DNA of 64,000 bases from Marsupella aquatica (Eukaryota; Plantae; Marchantiophyta): positions 26,028,798 through 26,092,797 of the forward strand of contig OZ316893.1 in assembly GCA_973895155.1 (NCBI GenBank). The letters run 5' to 3'. The position numbers were made by a program, and so were the translations under genes. Below are positions 10,827-24,578 of the stretch, one piece after another. The notes beneath the pieces are model-generated. The model searched no databases and was not told the DNA's origin. It saw only the letters and a program-made list of their open reading frames with translations. The number at the start of each line of letters is the position of its first letter. The first letter of the stretch is position 1.

Positions 10827-13800
10827 CTAGATGGACACGCTGTTAGGTACACCCCTGCCAGTTAGGCCTGAAGTGGAAGTGGGCATCAGTAGCGTATAAG
10901 GAACCTTGGCTGGACCTTGTCGGTTTACCAAGGTTGGGTCGTCATTACGTTTTATGATGTTGGCCCCGACTGCCGCAATGCTCTGTGCGAACTCACTAAA
11001 AGCTGCCTTCACCTGTTCACCAGAAAGAATGGAGGGATCGATTAGTTCAGTTTCGACTATGACCATCTGTCCAGTGCCAAAACCAATAGAGAGCTCGTTG
11101 GTGGCTATGAAACTTATTATTTACTAGAGGATTGCTGGCTGAATAGCTTGTTCTTTCGTACTACATTTTCTACACAACAAACTTATGGCTGACTGTCCCT
11201 TTTTCAGTACAACTCTAGTAAAGTCTATTGTGTACTACTACATTTGCTGTAGCCATGTTCATTGCTTTTATTGCGGAAATAAATCTACTGTGATGTCTTA
11301 TACGGCAGCAATTGACTTTCTTTGATAAATCTACTGTGATGACTTATGCGGCAGCAATTGACTGTCTCTGAACCCACCCAACACAGATGTATGTGGGAAC
11401 TCGAGACTGAGACAATCATATCATATTCGTTGATTAGAATTTTGAAACTAAGGTTTCTTTAGAGTACTGTATGTAATTGGAAAGTTCTTATTATAATTCA
11501 CATTCAGGAAATGGGGAATGTCACCTTGGGGTCCGTTGTCCAGTCGTCAGTGTTCCGGGTGCCAATGTACTCTTCGTCCACGGAGTGCGTGGCCAGGAGC
11601 TCAATTACGGTCATTACGATGAGAGCTTTGCTGGCGGGGGCGATGGTGGACAAGAAGAATGTGTCGGGGTCCTTCTGCAGATCATTGTACTCGGTCGACC
11701 CTTTCTCTGGCACAAATCTTCTGGTGGCAGAGGGCTTGTTCAGGGGATACCCTGCATAAGCGACCTGCCCAAAGTTCAACGCCGCGTGGACTGGTCCTGC
11801 AGACATCCATTCATTGTGTATGTGAATGTTAGTAACTGTACTACTCGATTTTTGGGTCAAGTTTGGACAGGATCATGTTCACATGTTAATCATTCTCTCA
11901 CCCCAAAACATGACGTAGAAACATGCTTTCAGGAGCATTTTGGTGTTACCACTTGGATATTGGTGTAAGCTTACCTGCAACCCAGCCTATTGTTGTTATA
12001 ATCTGCACGAGATTTTTGGTGGAGTCAAGTTTGGGCCACCAATCGGCATCCTTAAAGTCACCATGGGCATTAGTCACTATATCGTTCCACCACGCTTGGA
12101 GCTCGGTGTCCGCCTTGACTGCCTCATCTGATCCCTGATATGCGATATCCACGACCTTTGTCACCCACTTATACATGGCATCCCATATTTCTAGTCCGTC
12201 CTTGGCATATGGGTAGTCCTCGAGTACCAATTTCACAGATCCTGGGTACGATGAATCCGCTGGCTCTGCCATTCCTCTGCATGCAAACGAGCAGCATTAA
12301 CTAAGGTAAAATGGTTTCTCATGTGCTAGGACTGAGTTACTAATGAAATGTGCCTAAAGTTTTGTGACATTGTAGATACTTCTCTTCCATAAATCCTCGT
12401 CTACAGAAACAGTGTTCCATAAATTGACTAGAACTATATAGATCAAAATACATACAGCTAGTGAAAGGCAATGTCGAATGATGCATGGATCAATTTGGCA
12501 GCCAGCAATAGAGGAACGTAGCAGTTCATTTCATAAATTAAATTAGCAATTAATACAGAGAAAGAAATTAAAGGGTACCTGGCGACTAAGTTTTGTGGTA
12601 AGGCCTGTGTATCGAACCGCCAGAAAGCTGCATAAGCTTTAGCTCCGAGTGGAAAGGCGTACTTTCCCATAGTAAAGTTAGCTTCAACAATACCTTGAGC
12701 TTGTATCAGTACTGCTCGTGCTGCTGCATTGATGGGTATGTTGTCTTTAAAGTATGGTTTCAGAACAGTTAGCATGGGGTGCAGCGCGCTCAAATGCCGG
12801 TAACTAGCTATGATGTACGGCTCGGTGGATCCGTGCGCAAAAGTACTGTCCATTACAATCCACAGCACTTTCAGATAAAGAATAGTTTATACAGATGTCA
12901 TGAACTGATCTTCGCAACTGAGGTAAAAAAATTGTCAAATTGTACAGATTCCAGCGCCTGATTACAAAGTAATTGATATCGTCAGATCAATTCATTGCAC
13001 TGAATTGGAAGCAATTTCTATCATCTGAGAAACTGAGCGTAGTGAGGAACTTACAAGTGGCTGATGACCTGGTGATAGTTAGAGTCAATAGCGGAGAAAT
13101 GAAATTTTGCCAAGTCCCAGAGTTTATCGGTTGCATCTGCCGGAGTGAAAACTCTGTTGGAAGCGGCTCCACCTGCCTGGGCTGGAGGAAGGGACAGTTC
13201 AATGGCGACTGGCTTCAATGTCCCTGCGCTGGTGTGGAAAAAGATTGCTCTCGGAGCGTAGGACCTGAAGGAAAATACCGTGTCGGCGTTGACATCGTTG
13301 ATGAATGGCAGAATCGCGTCATGATAATCAATGATGAACAGTTTCTTTGCCTTGATTGCCTGCCCACCATCACAATGAATGAATAGATGAATACAGGCAT
13401 AAAGATCTTCATGACGTTGCTCGTCTAAATTATAAAAATGCTTTAGGAATGTCGAGTGTTCAACAAGAGGGGAAGGTTCCTAAATTTCGAATCAAGGCTA
13501 TTTTCCAATTCTCTCTACTTATCAATTGCGATAAATTCCAAGAACATTGTTAGAATTTCAGGCTTTCAGTTCAGGATCTAACGATGTCCCATGCACAGAA
13601 CACAAGAGCACGAAGAATCACAAAGTTCAACATCCGACTAGATCTTAACGACTCGAGCGTCAAAATAATTGCTTCCGAAGGTAATGCGAAAGAACTGGAG
13701 GTCATCGTGGGAAATGCGAAATTTGTTACAGTCCTGCAAAATGAGACATAATGTTGAAGGAGGTTATGGCTTCAAAGTAATTTACCTTTGCGACACTCAG

Positions 13801-16800
13801 GCCCTCCAAGAATGGAAGGATATGTTCGTCTGTTAACGCAGTGCCTTCACCATATTGAGCAGGATCCAGAGCACTTGTTGGTGGATATGCCTGGATGGCC
13901 CAAGCCACAAACAAAGCAGCCTTAAGTAATCGAAACCCGGGTGCCGCCTTTCTTAAAGCTCTAAGAAAATTTAGAAGTACCAACGGTACAAAAAGACACT
14001 AAAACGTTAGTCATCAAATTATTTACTCTATCCGGATAGAGTGCTGAGATGCATCTTGAGAAATACGGATTGAACTATCACTAACTAAAACTTTCCTTTG
14101 ACAAGGATCGATCGAGCTCAAACCTTCAAAAGCTGAATCACATTAGGATGGAGCCCAGCCAGAGTCTCACGGCCAAACTCCTCGTCTGTATGCCAAGCGT
14201 TTTCGTCCGCTGCACATTGAACATTTGAAGGTGTGGTTGTCAGCGCACGTCCGGCTTTTCATTTTGTCACAAAGGCAAGCAATTTACGAGATGAGACGTA
14301 AACGTAGTTGAAAACGACTTTAGAGACTAAGCGAATTCCGAATCACTTACTGGCGAAAACCTGTGGCAGTGTGTAGTTCAGAATACTAGTATCCTCGCCC
14401 TTGGCGGCAAATAGTTCGCTGAGGTACACAAGGTCCCCTTCTTTACTATCAATCTCTGGGGTGAGAGCGCTGGTATCGGAGCGGTCATGATCTACTTTCA
14501 CACCAGTGTTGTAGAGCTCCTTCACCGCCTCCAGGCTTTTAAAGCTAGAACTACCTAGGTTTTCAATATTGGGGACGATGGCTTGAAGAACCCCCTTGAG
14601 CAAGTCTGCTACGAATGTCGAGTTCTTGGTCCGAAGGAAATACTCGTCACTGGGAATGTATGGTAAGGTCGCCAGTTCACTTACAGGACTCTCAGACTTG
14701 GGATCTGCAAAATTTCGAAGTCTAAAATTAGTTTTCCATTGTAACAGACATCTTGAACACTTAAGGCTAGGTGAGCCATCGTCGGTCGACCTCGCTACAA
14801 TAACCAGTGCGCAGATCGAGGAGAGAACCCACAATGAATTCTACTCAATTCTGACCGATCTCGAAGCGGTTGAACAGGTCGATGTATACCAAGAGTTTGT
14901 GGACAATAATGTCTACCAATAATTGCATGCGCTTCCAGTTCTAAGGCTTAGTAGATTACCAGTCTTGGTCATAGCGCGTCCTGTGCGCATTCGGCGAGGG
15001 TAAGGGTAATCCTTGCTGCCTCCCAAAGGAATCCTGGCCAAAGCTTTATCTTTGTCAGGATTGCCCAAGTCGTTGTACAAATCGTAGTCATAAATACGAT
15101 CCCAGCTCTTCCTCTCGCCTGTGCCATCTCCGCGGATTTGCTCCAGCTCTTGCTCCCGAAGTGATTTCAACCCCGGGGGAGTAGCGGAGGGAAGGTAATT
15201 CTGATAATCATCGGCGATGCAAACATAAAACCGAGGTACGTGAGCTCAATCTACGTAAGTTCTCCGTCGATTGCAAATCCAGACTTGCAAGAAACTTGAC
15301 AAATCAAAGCTTGCTGTTTTAAGAACCCCTCTCCAAACATTTAAGCGAAACGAAAGTACTAAGGATACATTGCCAAAATGACAATTCGCTTTAGACTCCG
15401 CAGAGCAACAGTATTGATGATGTCACTCAAACATTTCCAACGATCGTGAGTTGAGAAACTTGCACATACATCATTTGCGAAGAACACCCGATCCTTGGGA
15501 TATTTTTTGTAGTTGTGGACCCAAGCGTTGGTAAGGAAGACAATGGTGCTCTGGTCCGGAGCCTCCAGGCGGAGAGTCTTTATATAGAACTCATGGGGAT
15601 GGTGATTCCTGAGGATGAATGCCCCTGGCTTGCCGAAGTCCTTTGGCACTGAAAATGTGATGGGGTAGTAATCGTCATCCGCCACCAGATCGAAGTTAGC
15701 CTTGTTGATCACCCAGTTCTCCAAACTACTCACAGCACTGAGCTTGGGAGCGTTGGTTTCTGTCACACGAAGTTCAAAGATACACCCAATTCAGAGATCG
15801 ATAATTTATGATTCAGACCGCCCCATAAACCATCCACACTAATGCTGTGATTCCGAAATCAACCATTATACTACTCTGATGTCCTCAGACTCTATTAGGC
15901 TGGAGTAATAGGTCATGACGTTTGAGAATTAAAATACTATTTTTCTCAAGAGCCATAGGCCATCGAGTAGGCTACTAGGTACACATAGCTGAAATCTCGC
16001 TCGACACGTAAATGCAGTCGTTGCACTCATGACCTGAGTGCATGTTACTCGCTCGGATGTTAGCAGTTAGATAATCACACGAATCCATTTGTATACAAAC
16101 GGAACCCTGGTTGGGCCACGGGAATGAATGTATCTCCAAAGTGAATTTCAAGCAGGGTACGACTCACAGATGTTCTCTAAGAGCTTATAGTCTTCTTCGA
16201 AACCGATGCACATGACTTTGGGAATACGGATCGCAAAAGGAGGCGATTCCAGCTCAAACGTGATAGAGAAATGGATGAAGATCAAACTTTCAGGAGAAAA
16301 TCTCGACATTCAAGAAGGAATGGAACGACAATACGTACGGGGATCCAGATCCACGCTAACGAGCTGGATCTCAATCTTCTCCCCAAGTAGCTCAGCAGCT
16401 TCGTCAGTGATGGCGGCTCCGGCATCAACAAGATCAAATTGCACCAAGTTCGTCAACGCCGCGCGCTTCTTCAATACCGTAGCTACACCACTGTATTTAA
16501 TCATGTCATCCTTCTCGGTGTCGGGATGCACTATTTTGCCGAAAATATCAGCGATCGACGCCTTGATTATTGAGGAACCAGTTGCGCGGACCTAGTTGGC
16601 ATATTCAACATTTCCACGTTCTCAATATCAGGACTCTTTAGATAGAAGATAAAATCAGCTACAGTAAGTTCCAAATCAACTCAAAACTTATACGACAAAC
16701 GAATCATCCTTAGTTTTTAAAAGCGTCGTTCAAGTGAACAGGAGAGCAATGACGATTGCTCATTCTAAATCAAACACTTTGAGACGGCTCCAAATTTTGA

Positions 16801-17181
16801 TCAGGTCTGTAGCTGATTCCTACCTTGATAATCGCTAAACTGAGTAAAAAACGAGTTCGGAGCATTTCAAGTTGGGAGGTTCACATTTGGAGGACAAACA
16901 AGAACTCGACCACAGTTCGTTGGTGGATTGAAGCTGACCTGAAATGATGCTGAGCCTTTCCCGGGTGACTCGAGCTTGGATATACTTTTCTTCGCAGACC
17001 CAGATGTTGGAACCAAGTCATCCCCTCGGACTACTTTGGAACCACCGAACGAAAGGCTTTTCCCCGATATGTTAGAAGTTGATGCTTTTGTCGAAGAGCT
17101 AGTTATTGAGGGCGATAGAGCGAGACCTGCTGCAGCCGCGGTGCCAACCGCACCTGGCTGTGCGCCAATCAACCCTTCCAT
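10827..17181 (-). CDS. LOX: Lipoxygenase (~985 aa) with PLAT and catalytic domains, probable plastid transit peptide, likely 13S-type
   Basis: Exons: 17181-16939, 16591-16339, 15759-15470, 15200-14960, 14704-14351, 14209-14124, 13890-13786, 13359-13055, 12845-12579, 12276-11975, 11796-11525, 11066-10827. Total 2958 nt, in frame, all introns GT-AG. Motifs: [94 protein letters not shown]-terminal [10 protein letters not shown]. The N-terminus is Ser/Ala/Lys-rich. Confidence 0.97.
11281..11363. repeat. ~37-bp duplication in the last LOX intron
   Basis: aaatctactgtgatg(t/a)cttat(a/g)cggcagcaattgact occurs twice. Confidence 0.85.
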
Positions 17182-18374
17182 GTGACCACCTCGACTCCGA
17201 TACACTAGACCGTGCTAGGTGTTCTTCGCGTGTTCGAATGAAACTCACGGTTTCTGGTACGAATTTGCCCGTCAGATTGCTTGAACAAGAAATTTTCTCA
17301 AAAGCCCTCAACTTAGACCAGCTTACGGAAACAATCGTTTTTATGCAGAAAGCACGTAAGTTGAAGATTGTATAATTACTAGATTGAGTTCATAGCCCAG
17401 CACTGATTCATGACGATCTCTGCAAAGGGACCAAAGGCAATCATTCTTCTTAGGTTGACTCTTCTCGTACCACTCGAGCAAAATTAGATTGCAAGTCGAT
17501 CGACAGACTTGTATCAGTCAAGCAATTATCGGACACACGACAGTCGACAGACACACACTCGGTGAGTACCTTCGAATTGGGAGGAACTGGTTGCATGAAT
17601 GAAATCTTATTTTGGATCAGTGCAATGTGTTCTCAGTTCCGAGAGACGAGCTCCGAAAGCAGCGATGAGACGTCGGTGAATTGCTTTGAATGTCCAAACG
17701 AAAAACCGAAAGAAGAGTACGAGAAACGTCCCGTCAATCTACTTTTACATTCATTCCCTCAGAGAAAAGGTGGCTGTTGAATGGTCCTGAGGATACGGCA
17801 CAATATAGAATGCCTAAGATCAAGGGTCTCCTTTATAGCAAGCCTTCCAGAATCCCGTGCCCAGGTCAAAATGATTATCAGCAGTTAGTGAGACGCAAGA
17901 CTTCGCTCCAAAAAGTAGACTTAGTCCGCGGCAGTCAGACAACCTCGTTGTGCCCAATCATGATCGAACAATATATATATATTGATTTCCAACGCAACAG
18001 AAATCTTCAGATGGTCAGCTCTGAGCGTGTGCAGAAGTTTTCTAAGCGGCCTCTCTCATCCGCGTCCTTCTTCATTCTCGCCATTGGATACTCAGTGGAT
18101 CCTTCCAAGTCTTCCATGCAAGGGATGGTCCCGATGCCAAATTGTGAACTGGTCCGCGTGATTTTGTCTGGTTGTAAAATGACCATAATTGTTTTTAACA
18201 AGGAAGTAACAAAGTTAACAAAGAACAGTGAATAGAAAGCAAAACAGTAAAGTCAACACTAAAAAGAAGAGGCACATGTGATCTCAAACTGGAGGAAAAA
18301 GAAGAAACTTCCCCGGCTGGTGGGATGGAACTAATTATCTGCAGCAAAATAAAATGTGTCAAAAGAGCTAAGAG

Positions 18375-18840
18375 TGTACATCTAGTGTAGTAAGTAAACC
18401 TGCAAGTGGGATAGGGATGTCCAGTGTGTGTTATGCAAGAATTAGTGTTAATATGAAATTAGTGAATTAACACTAATTTGGTAAAAATGATTTTGAATCC
18501 AAGTAATATTAAATTTTGTTAATTTTCAAAACATTTTTTTTCACTTTAGTTTAAATTGCTTGTGAAAAATGGATAATATTTAGTCCAAAGTAACACTAAT
18601 TGTTATGAATTTTTCAAAATAGTTTTAATATTTTTTTTCTATTTTGGCACTGTTAAGACCATAATAACTTTAATTCATGTGTGCAAAAATAATGTTAGTA
18701 TAAAATTAGCCTGATTAACACTAATTTGTGAATAGACTAAATGGACACTCTTGAATTAGTGTTGGTCACACTAATTAGAATGAACAGTCTAATAATGTAC
18801 ATCTAGTGTAGTAAGTAAACCACAAGTGGGATAGGGATGT
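18375..18840. repeat. ~46-bp direct repeats enclosing an AT-rich segment with AATTAGTGTT/AACACTAATT motifs; a third diverged copy lies at ~20536-20582
   Basis: tgtacatctagtgtagtaagtaaacc(tg/a)caagtgggatagggatgt at 18375-18420 and 18796-18840. Confidence 0.75.
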
Positions 18841-19929
18841 TTTATAAGGGGGCAAGCAGCTGTGCCAGTCAGGTAGCACCCACTCTATGATATACATAAT
18901 AAATTGCTTTAACTTGAGCACACTAAAATATCAGTGAAATCTCTCAAAACAATAGATAAAGGGGTCCCAATGAAACCCATCCGTCCGTCAGTGCACTTTG
19001 CTTTGTACTTTTTAATGCCCTTTCAATTCATTTGGGCTGTAGAGTTACAATCTTCTCGTTTACTTTACTAAAAACAGTACAAATAAAAGTCTCGTAGGCT
19101 TTTAAGTGTATGAACCTTTTCAAGTGTATGAACCCCTGTACTAGACGTTGCATTAAGGGCAACAACAGCCTCTAAAAACTTGAGCCAAGGCACTCATTTG
19201 TACGGAGTAATGATGCACAATGGCCTCTTACGAGGGTGTCACTATATACTTTAATGTAAACGCTTTAGTGAAGAAGAACTTCCACCAAAATTTATAAATC
19301 AGGAAAAAACAAAGTATACTGAAAGGACAAACACCAAACACGGAAAAAGAAAAGCAAGAGTTTTGAAAAGCAAGAGTTTACTTTGTATTTGCTAGTCAGA
19401 GCATTTATTTTCTACAATCAACACCTTGCTTTGAGGAGTGAATTACGCAACTACCCATCAAAACCTAGACATATGTAACACAAAATACAAAACTTTTCTT
19501 ATCTAAAACAAAAAGGAACCTGAAATCCTGACATTTTAATTCGTTCTTCTTTCTTTGGACACATTGCATGAACTTACTTCCAGGGATTTTACTATTTTTC
19601 TTGCCAACGCTAACTCACTCAAGTTTTTAAAAAAGTGAACAATCTGGTTACAGGCATTATTTGTAGCCCACAATGTCCCCTCAAAGTAAGGCTTAAAACC
19701 CTCGTTTTGGGATGCCCTCTAACCACAACGTCACCCTATTCAAAACTGTGTTTTCAATTTATTGACCCAAGAAATTCAGATATTTTGTGTTTGCAGAGGA
19801 GAGAAACTCCATTCTGTCTCTCATCCAAACTTACAGAGGAAGGGATTTCTTTCAGACCACACCACACAGTTAATCATTCTAACCCATTAGATCTTCCAAA
19901 GTTCAAAGAGGACGGTACGATCTTGTAAT

Positions 19930-21030
19930 CAAACAATTGGATCCAAGCAGGTTTTGGTGAATGAAGTGTAACCAAGAATTCACCATACTTCCCTTTGGTT
20001 TGCAAGGCGGGAGAGAGTGGTTTTGGAACATTCTAAGACAATATTTTGATTTTTGAAATTCAAGGAGGAGCAACTTCTGTGAATTAATTGGGGAAAAAAT
20101 TAATTGGATCCAGGCTGGTTCTGGAAAATAAAGGCCATAAATTCACCATACAGTTCTTTGTATTGGTAAATAAGGCATCCCAGGGAGGCACTTCAGATCT
20201 TGAGGGTAAACAATTGGATGTAAGCAAGTTGTGGCAAATGAACGCTAACACAATTCACTAGTACTACTAGTTTCCTTTGCATTGGTAGCAAGGCACGTCA
20301 GGAAGGAAGTTTTTGGCCAATTCGAAACCATTCATTTTTTCTAAGGTCAAGGATAAAGTAAAGAAAAATACATTACACAGAGGCCCAAATAATGTACAAG
20401 AGAAAGCAAACAAAACAAGTCCAAAGAGCACAAATGCAAAAGAAACAAAGTGAAAATCTTTTTAAAAAGGGGAAATTTGCTAACACGGCATAGAGGGATG
20501 GACTAATGTACACTAAATGTACCTAGAGCTAATGGTACACATTTAGTGTAGTAATTAAATCTGCAAGTGGGACAGGAATGTCTTCAGGAGGAAAAATTCT
20601 TTGCGGAGGCACAATAGCACCCACTCTAAGGGATTGACGCTAAGGAGGACATTAGACTTGGAGACTCAACAATTGGATGTATGCTAGTTGTGCCAACAAG
20701 TCACCATGGTTTTGTTAGTTTTAGTAGGCAAGGGAGCTCAGGGAGAGGTTTGGGCCAAATAATTCTGCATCATATATTTCATTTTTCTAAGGTCAACGAG
20801 GACTTCAGATTTTGAGACTAAATATTGGATGTAACTAGACTTAAGCAAGTTGTGGAAAATGAATGCCAACAATTCACTATAGTTTCCTTTCTGTTGGTAG
20901 GCAAGGCACCTCACGAGTAAGGTTTTGGCTAATTCTAAACCATTAGGTTTTTCTTAGGTCCAAGGAGGACGTCATATTTTCAGAATAATCTATTGAATGT
21001 AAATGAGGCCAACAATTCTGCCAGTGAGAG
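19930..21030. repeat. Degenerate tandem repeat array (old satellite or TE-derived)
   Basis: The motif aattggat(c/g)(c/t)aagca(a/g)gtt...aattcac(c/t)ata recurs at ~19935, 20102, 20211, 20670, 20822 and 20990. Confidence 0.6.
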
Positions 21031-22322
21031 GACTTTTCCCTTGTATTGAAGTACTGCTATCCAGGTTTGCACAATAAATAAATAACTATTTAGTTTTGGG
21101 CCCCATTGATGAAACATGCTGGGTCCTCGTGCAACCACCGAAGAATCTAGTAATAATTCTAAAGAACTTTGACAAACTTTTTCACTGTTTGCAGTGTTGC
21201 CTGACAAAGAAAGATAATAAATGTTCCCCTCCAGAACTGAAATGGTGTTACGGTGGTAGCAAGTTACAGTTGGGAGGAAGGTTTATTGGGGCAAGAAAAA
21301 TGGCTGGTTTGACCTTATGAGCCAATTATGCATGCAATGCAAGCAAGCGCATGCCCAGAGTGACTTCAAGTTTGACCTGTCATTCATTAACTTGGATTAG
21401 GCTCCACTCCACCTGCTCTCTAAAATGGTGAACTATCTTCCATGAATGTGGCACTCGGTCATTAGGGGACAGCAAAAAGCAAAACTATTAAAATTCAGCA
21501 TGACTGCTGGGTGCACACCTTTTAAAAGATAGATGTACTTTTTGTTGCTAGAGAAAACACTCAAGTAAAGCATATAAGTATGTTTGTTAGCTTTATTGTA
21601 CATTCTTTGAACGTCAATAGACAGACAAAAAAAACTCGCAAAACAATGCTGTTGCTCATCATTGCCTGCATACCTTTCTCACCATCACAGCATCACTTAT
21701 ATTTGTTATTGAGAGTCAGTCTTAGTTTTGTCCTTATCCAGAGTCAGTATCACTTTTGTTAATCTTTGCTCCCATACCTTTTCACTTTTGGTTCACCTTC
21801 ACTTTTGGTTCACCTTCACTTTTTTAGTTTTGTCCTATTGAAAGTTATTGTCTAATTAAAGGCTTCACTCTAGATAGTAGCCCTTGAAAGTAGCTTTGCA
21901 TTGAATGGGCTTTATTAGTAAGATTAAAGGGGATATTGCATTTAAACAAACTACGCCATTTTGTATGGACAAGTCACCTTATCTGCTAAGAATGGACATT
22001 TTTCAATTGTCTTCGTTAAGTTCTGATTTGTCCTAAGGGAAACAATTCCATTCATTTGCATTTGTTATGCACGTGTATTTGATTGTGAACTCCCCCAAGC
22101 TCCCTTATAATTTTGTAATTCAGTTTTCATTGTGGTTTCAAGTTACCCCTTTAATTATTCTAGATATATTTTCTTTTCCATCGTTACTCCTGTTTGGTAT
22201 TAACACAAGAAGAGCCCCTTAATAAGAGACATCAATGGTGGTAAAAGGAATTAGAACTCTCCACCAACCTTCTATCAATGATCATGCACAAAATTTGTGA
22301 TACTCTAATGTCTGTGATAAGC

Positions 22323-22641
22323 TACTGTCTTCTCCCGAACACAACACCATGGCCTTGTATTTGAATAGTGGGCCATGGGGCACTCTATTCGAATAGGTGT
22401 GCCCAGGATGTTGTATTTGAGCTTTGACTATGTGGTTTCATTTTTTGTAGCTGCATGGCATTGTGTTTGAAAATGAGCGTTGTGTTTGAATATTGACATT
22501 GACATATGTTTCTTGAAATTGTTATTACTTGTGCTCAATGTAGAACAGTTTAGTGTCAAATCTTGAACACAATATCCAACTCAAACACAACGCCAATATT
22601 CGAACACAAATCCCAGGAGCTGTGTTTGGGGGAAGACGATA
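22323..22641. mobile_element. MITE with terminal inverted repeats (Tc1/mariner-like)
   Basis: Left end tactgtcttctcccgaacacaac is nearly the reverse complement of the right end gctgtgtttgggggaagacgata. Internal gaacacaa/ttgtgtttg motifs; non-coding; ~320 bp. Confidence 0.65.
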
Positions 22642-23915
22642 GTATCAACAAAGGTCTTAATTTAATCACCTGTCACTAGGGCTTAGCTAGTTGACATTAC
22701 CTCCATACTCCTCACTCATTTTATTGACTGTCTTCAACTATTAATGTCATTAGTAGTTAATATTTCTAGGGATAGACGCTTGTCTTTTCATCTAAACCTG
22801 ATAGACTTACTTTGAATTTGTTATTTTCATGTTTAGGATAATTTTCTTTGATTAATTCAGTTCATTATTATAAAATAATTCATTTTCAATATAAACCAAT
22901 GAAGACTAGTATATGGTAGGACCAGAAATAGGGAATGAAATGATGTGGGGAGGGTGAGTTGGGGCAAGAGGTCAATCAAAAGCTGGAGCACCTCTAATCA
23001 AAATGTGGGAAGCTTGGGAACGAAAAATTGTGGCCGCTTTGTCCTCTTCTTCTTTTGCCTAAGTGTGCTTATTAGTTTTTACTGTTGGAATAAAATGAGT
23101 GTCTCACCCACTTGGGCAAAACGAAAACCCAATTCCCAAGTGCAACAAAACAAGGGAAAATTCAAAAAAAGACCAAAGAGACAAAAACCCGAGATTCCCC
23201 TAACGTAAGTTGTTATAGCTAGTAAACAAAATAAGGCTGCTTGCTGTACTGTATATAATGGCCTCCCACAATGTATATAATAAAGTAGTTGGATAACCCT
23301 TGGGTTTGACGAATATAGTAGATCTCAATTTTAGTACTCATTTTTCAATATAATTCCTTCAACTACCACAAATGTCCATGGCTTTTAAAACATTTCACCT
23401 ACCCAAAGTGGTATGGCACCCCTCCCCCTCAGCACACACACAGTACATCACGTACGGTAGTCTTGTTTTTAATGGGAAGTGGCGATTGACCAAGCTTACA
23501 ACTAGCTTAATTAAGTGGAAAACTCATGGAGTGGTTAATCTAAGTATTTAATGGTGATGTGAATCTAGTGTTAAAGGCTATGGTCTAGAGTGAAACCTTT
23601 AGACTGTTACTTGCGGTATGGTGCAAATGGGTATTTATGGGACAAGGCAAATATCTAATAAAAATGATAAAATGTTTATGTGAATAGTCAACTGAAAACT
23701 GCCAATTGAAAGTGTGAAGCGCTGACGAGGCCATGGGCTTGAATGTATTCACCATTATTTACGTGAACGGGCAGGTCATATAAAATTGCAAAAGAACAAA
23801 ACAAAGTCCTTACCAGGAGACAGGATCCCCAAGGCCAAAAGGCTAGTTTCTACAAGTAACACAAACAAACGTCTCTAGCTAATAACATATTTGATCCACC
23901 CAAAGTGGGGACCCA

Positions 23916-24280
23916 CTCACACATCCAACCCACTCAAAGTGGTGACCCACCCACACATTTGACGGTCCACCCAAAGTGGTATGGCAGAGAATATGGCACG
24001 GAAGCCAACCCATTTACATGCAAGAGCAGAGCTAATTGGACTTTAGACCCCTTGGCAACCTGAACTCACCCAAAGTGGTATGGCAGAGGATATGGCACAA
24101 ACCAACCCATTTACATGCACGACCAGAACTAATTGGAATTGAGACTCCTGGCCACCGGTACCTGAGCTATGCTCTAGTCTGCTGCTAACCTTGAGGCTGT
24201 CCATCTACTGCTGGATCTTGAGAGGTACTGTACTATCTCAATTTCAGGAAATGAGACCCCTAGCTACCTGAGCTATACTC
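23916..24280. repeat. Complex tandem repeats (cacccaaagtggtatggca units and ~100-bp duplications)
   Basis: cccaaagtgg at ~23402, 23918, 23970 and 24068; duplicated block gtggtatggcagag..atatggcac..ccaacccatttacatgca. Confidence 0.7.
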
Positions 24281-24285
24281 TAGTA

Positions 24286-24555
24286 GAGAGTCTCAAAGGT
24301 GACAATCTGATGGACCTTAATTAACTCCCTAATTATGGGCACACAAAGTTGGGTTATGGACACACAAAGTTACCTATTATAACAAAATTTGGTCTATAAC
24401 TTTTTGCTATAAGGATTGGTCATAGGCCATTATCGTCATCTAGAGGCTAGTGAAAGAAAAACCCAAAATTCCAGAAACTTGTGAAAATGTTATGACCATT
24501 TCTTTATGGTCTAATGTAATGTAATGGTCCCTAATTTTGAAACTTTGAGACACCT
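24286..24555. mobile_element. Mariner/Stowaway-like MITE inserted at TA inside a tandem-repeat unit
   Basis: TA|gagagtctcaaagg ... actttgagacacct|TA. The flanks rejoin to match the uninterrupted unit at ~24161-24240 (cctgagctatgctctag-tctgctgctaaccttgaggct). Confidence 0.7.
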
Positions 24556-24578
24556 TATGTGTTGCTAACCTTGAGGCT

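Noticed and set aside
11477-16595. + strand ORFs overlapping LOX, and similar antisense ORFs over the BTB, NOP14 and TFIIIC genes
   Set aside because: Antisense shadows of real coding exons.
17690-18235. 181-aa + strand ORF upstream of LOX
   Set aside because: No recognisable motif or coding-like composition; lies in the LOX promoter region.
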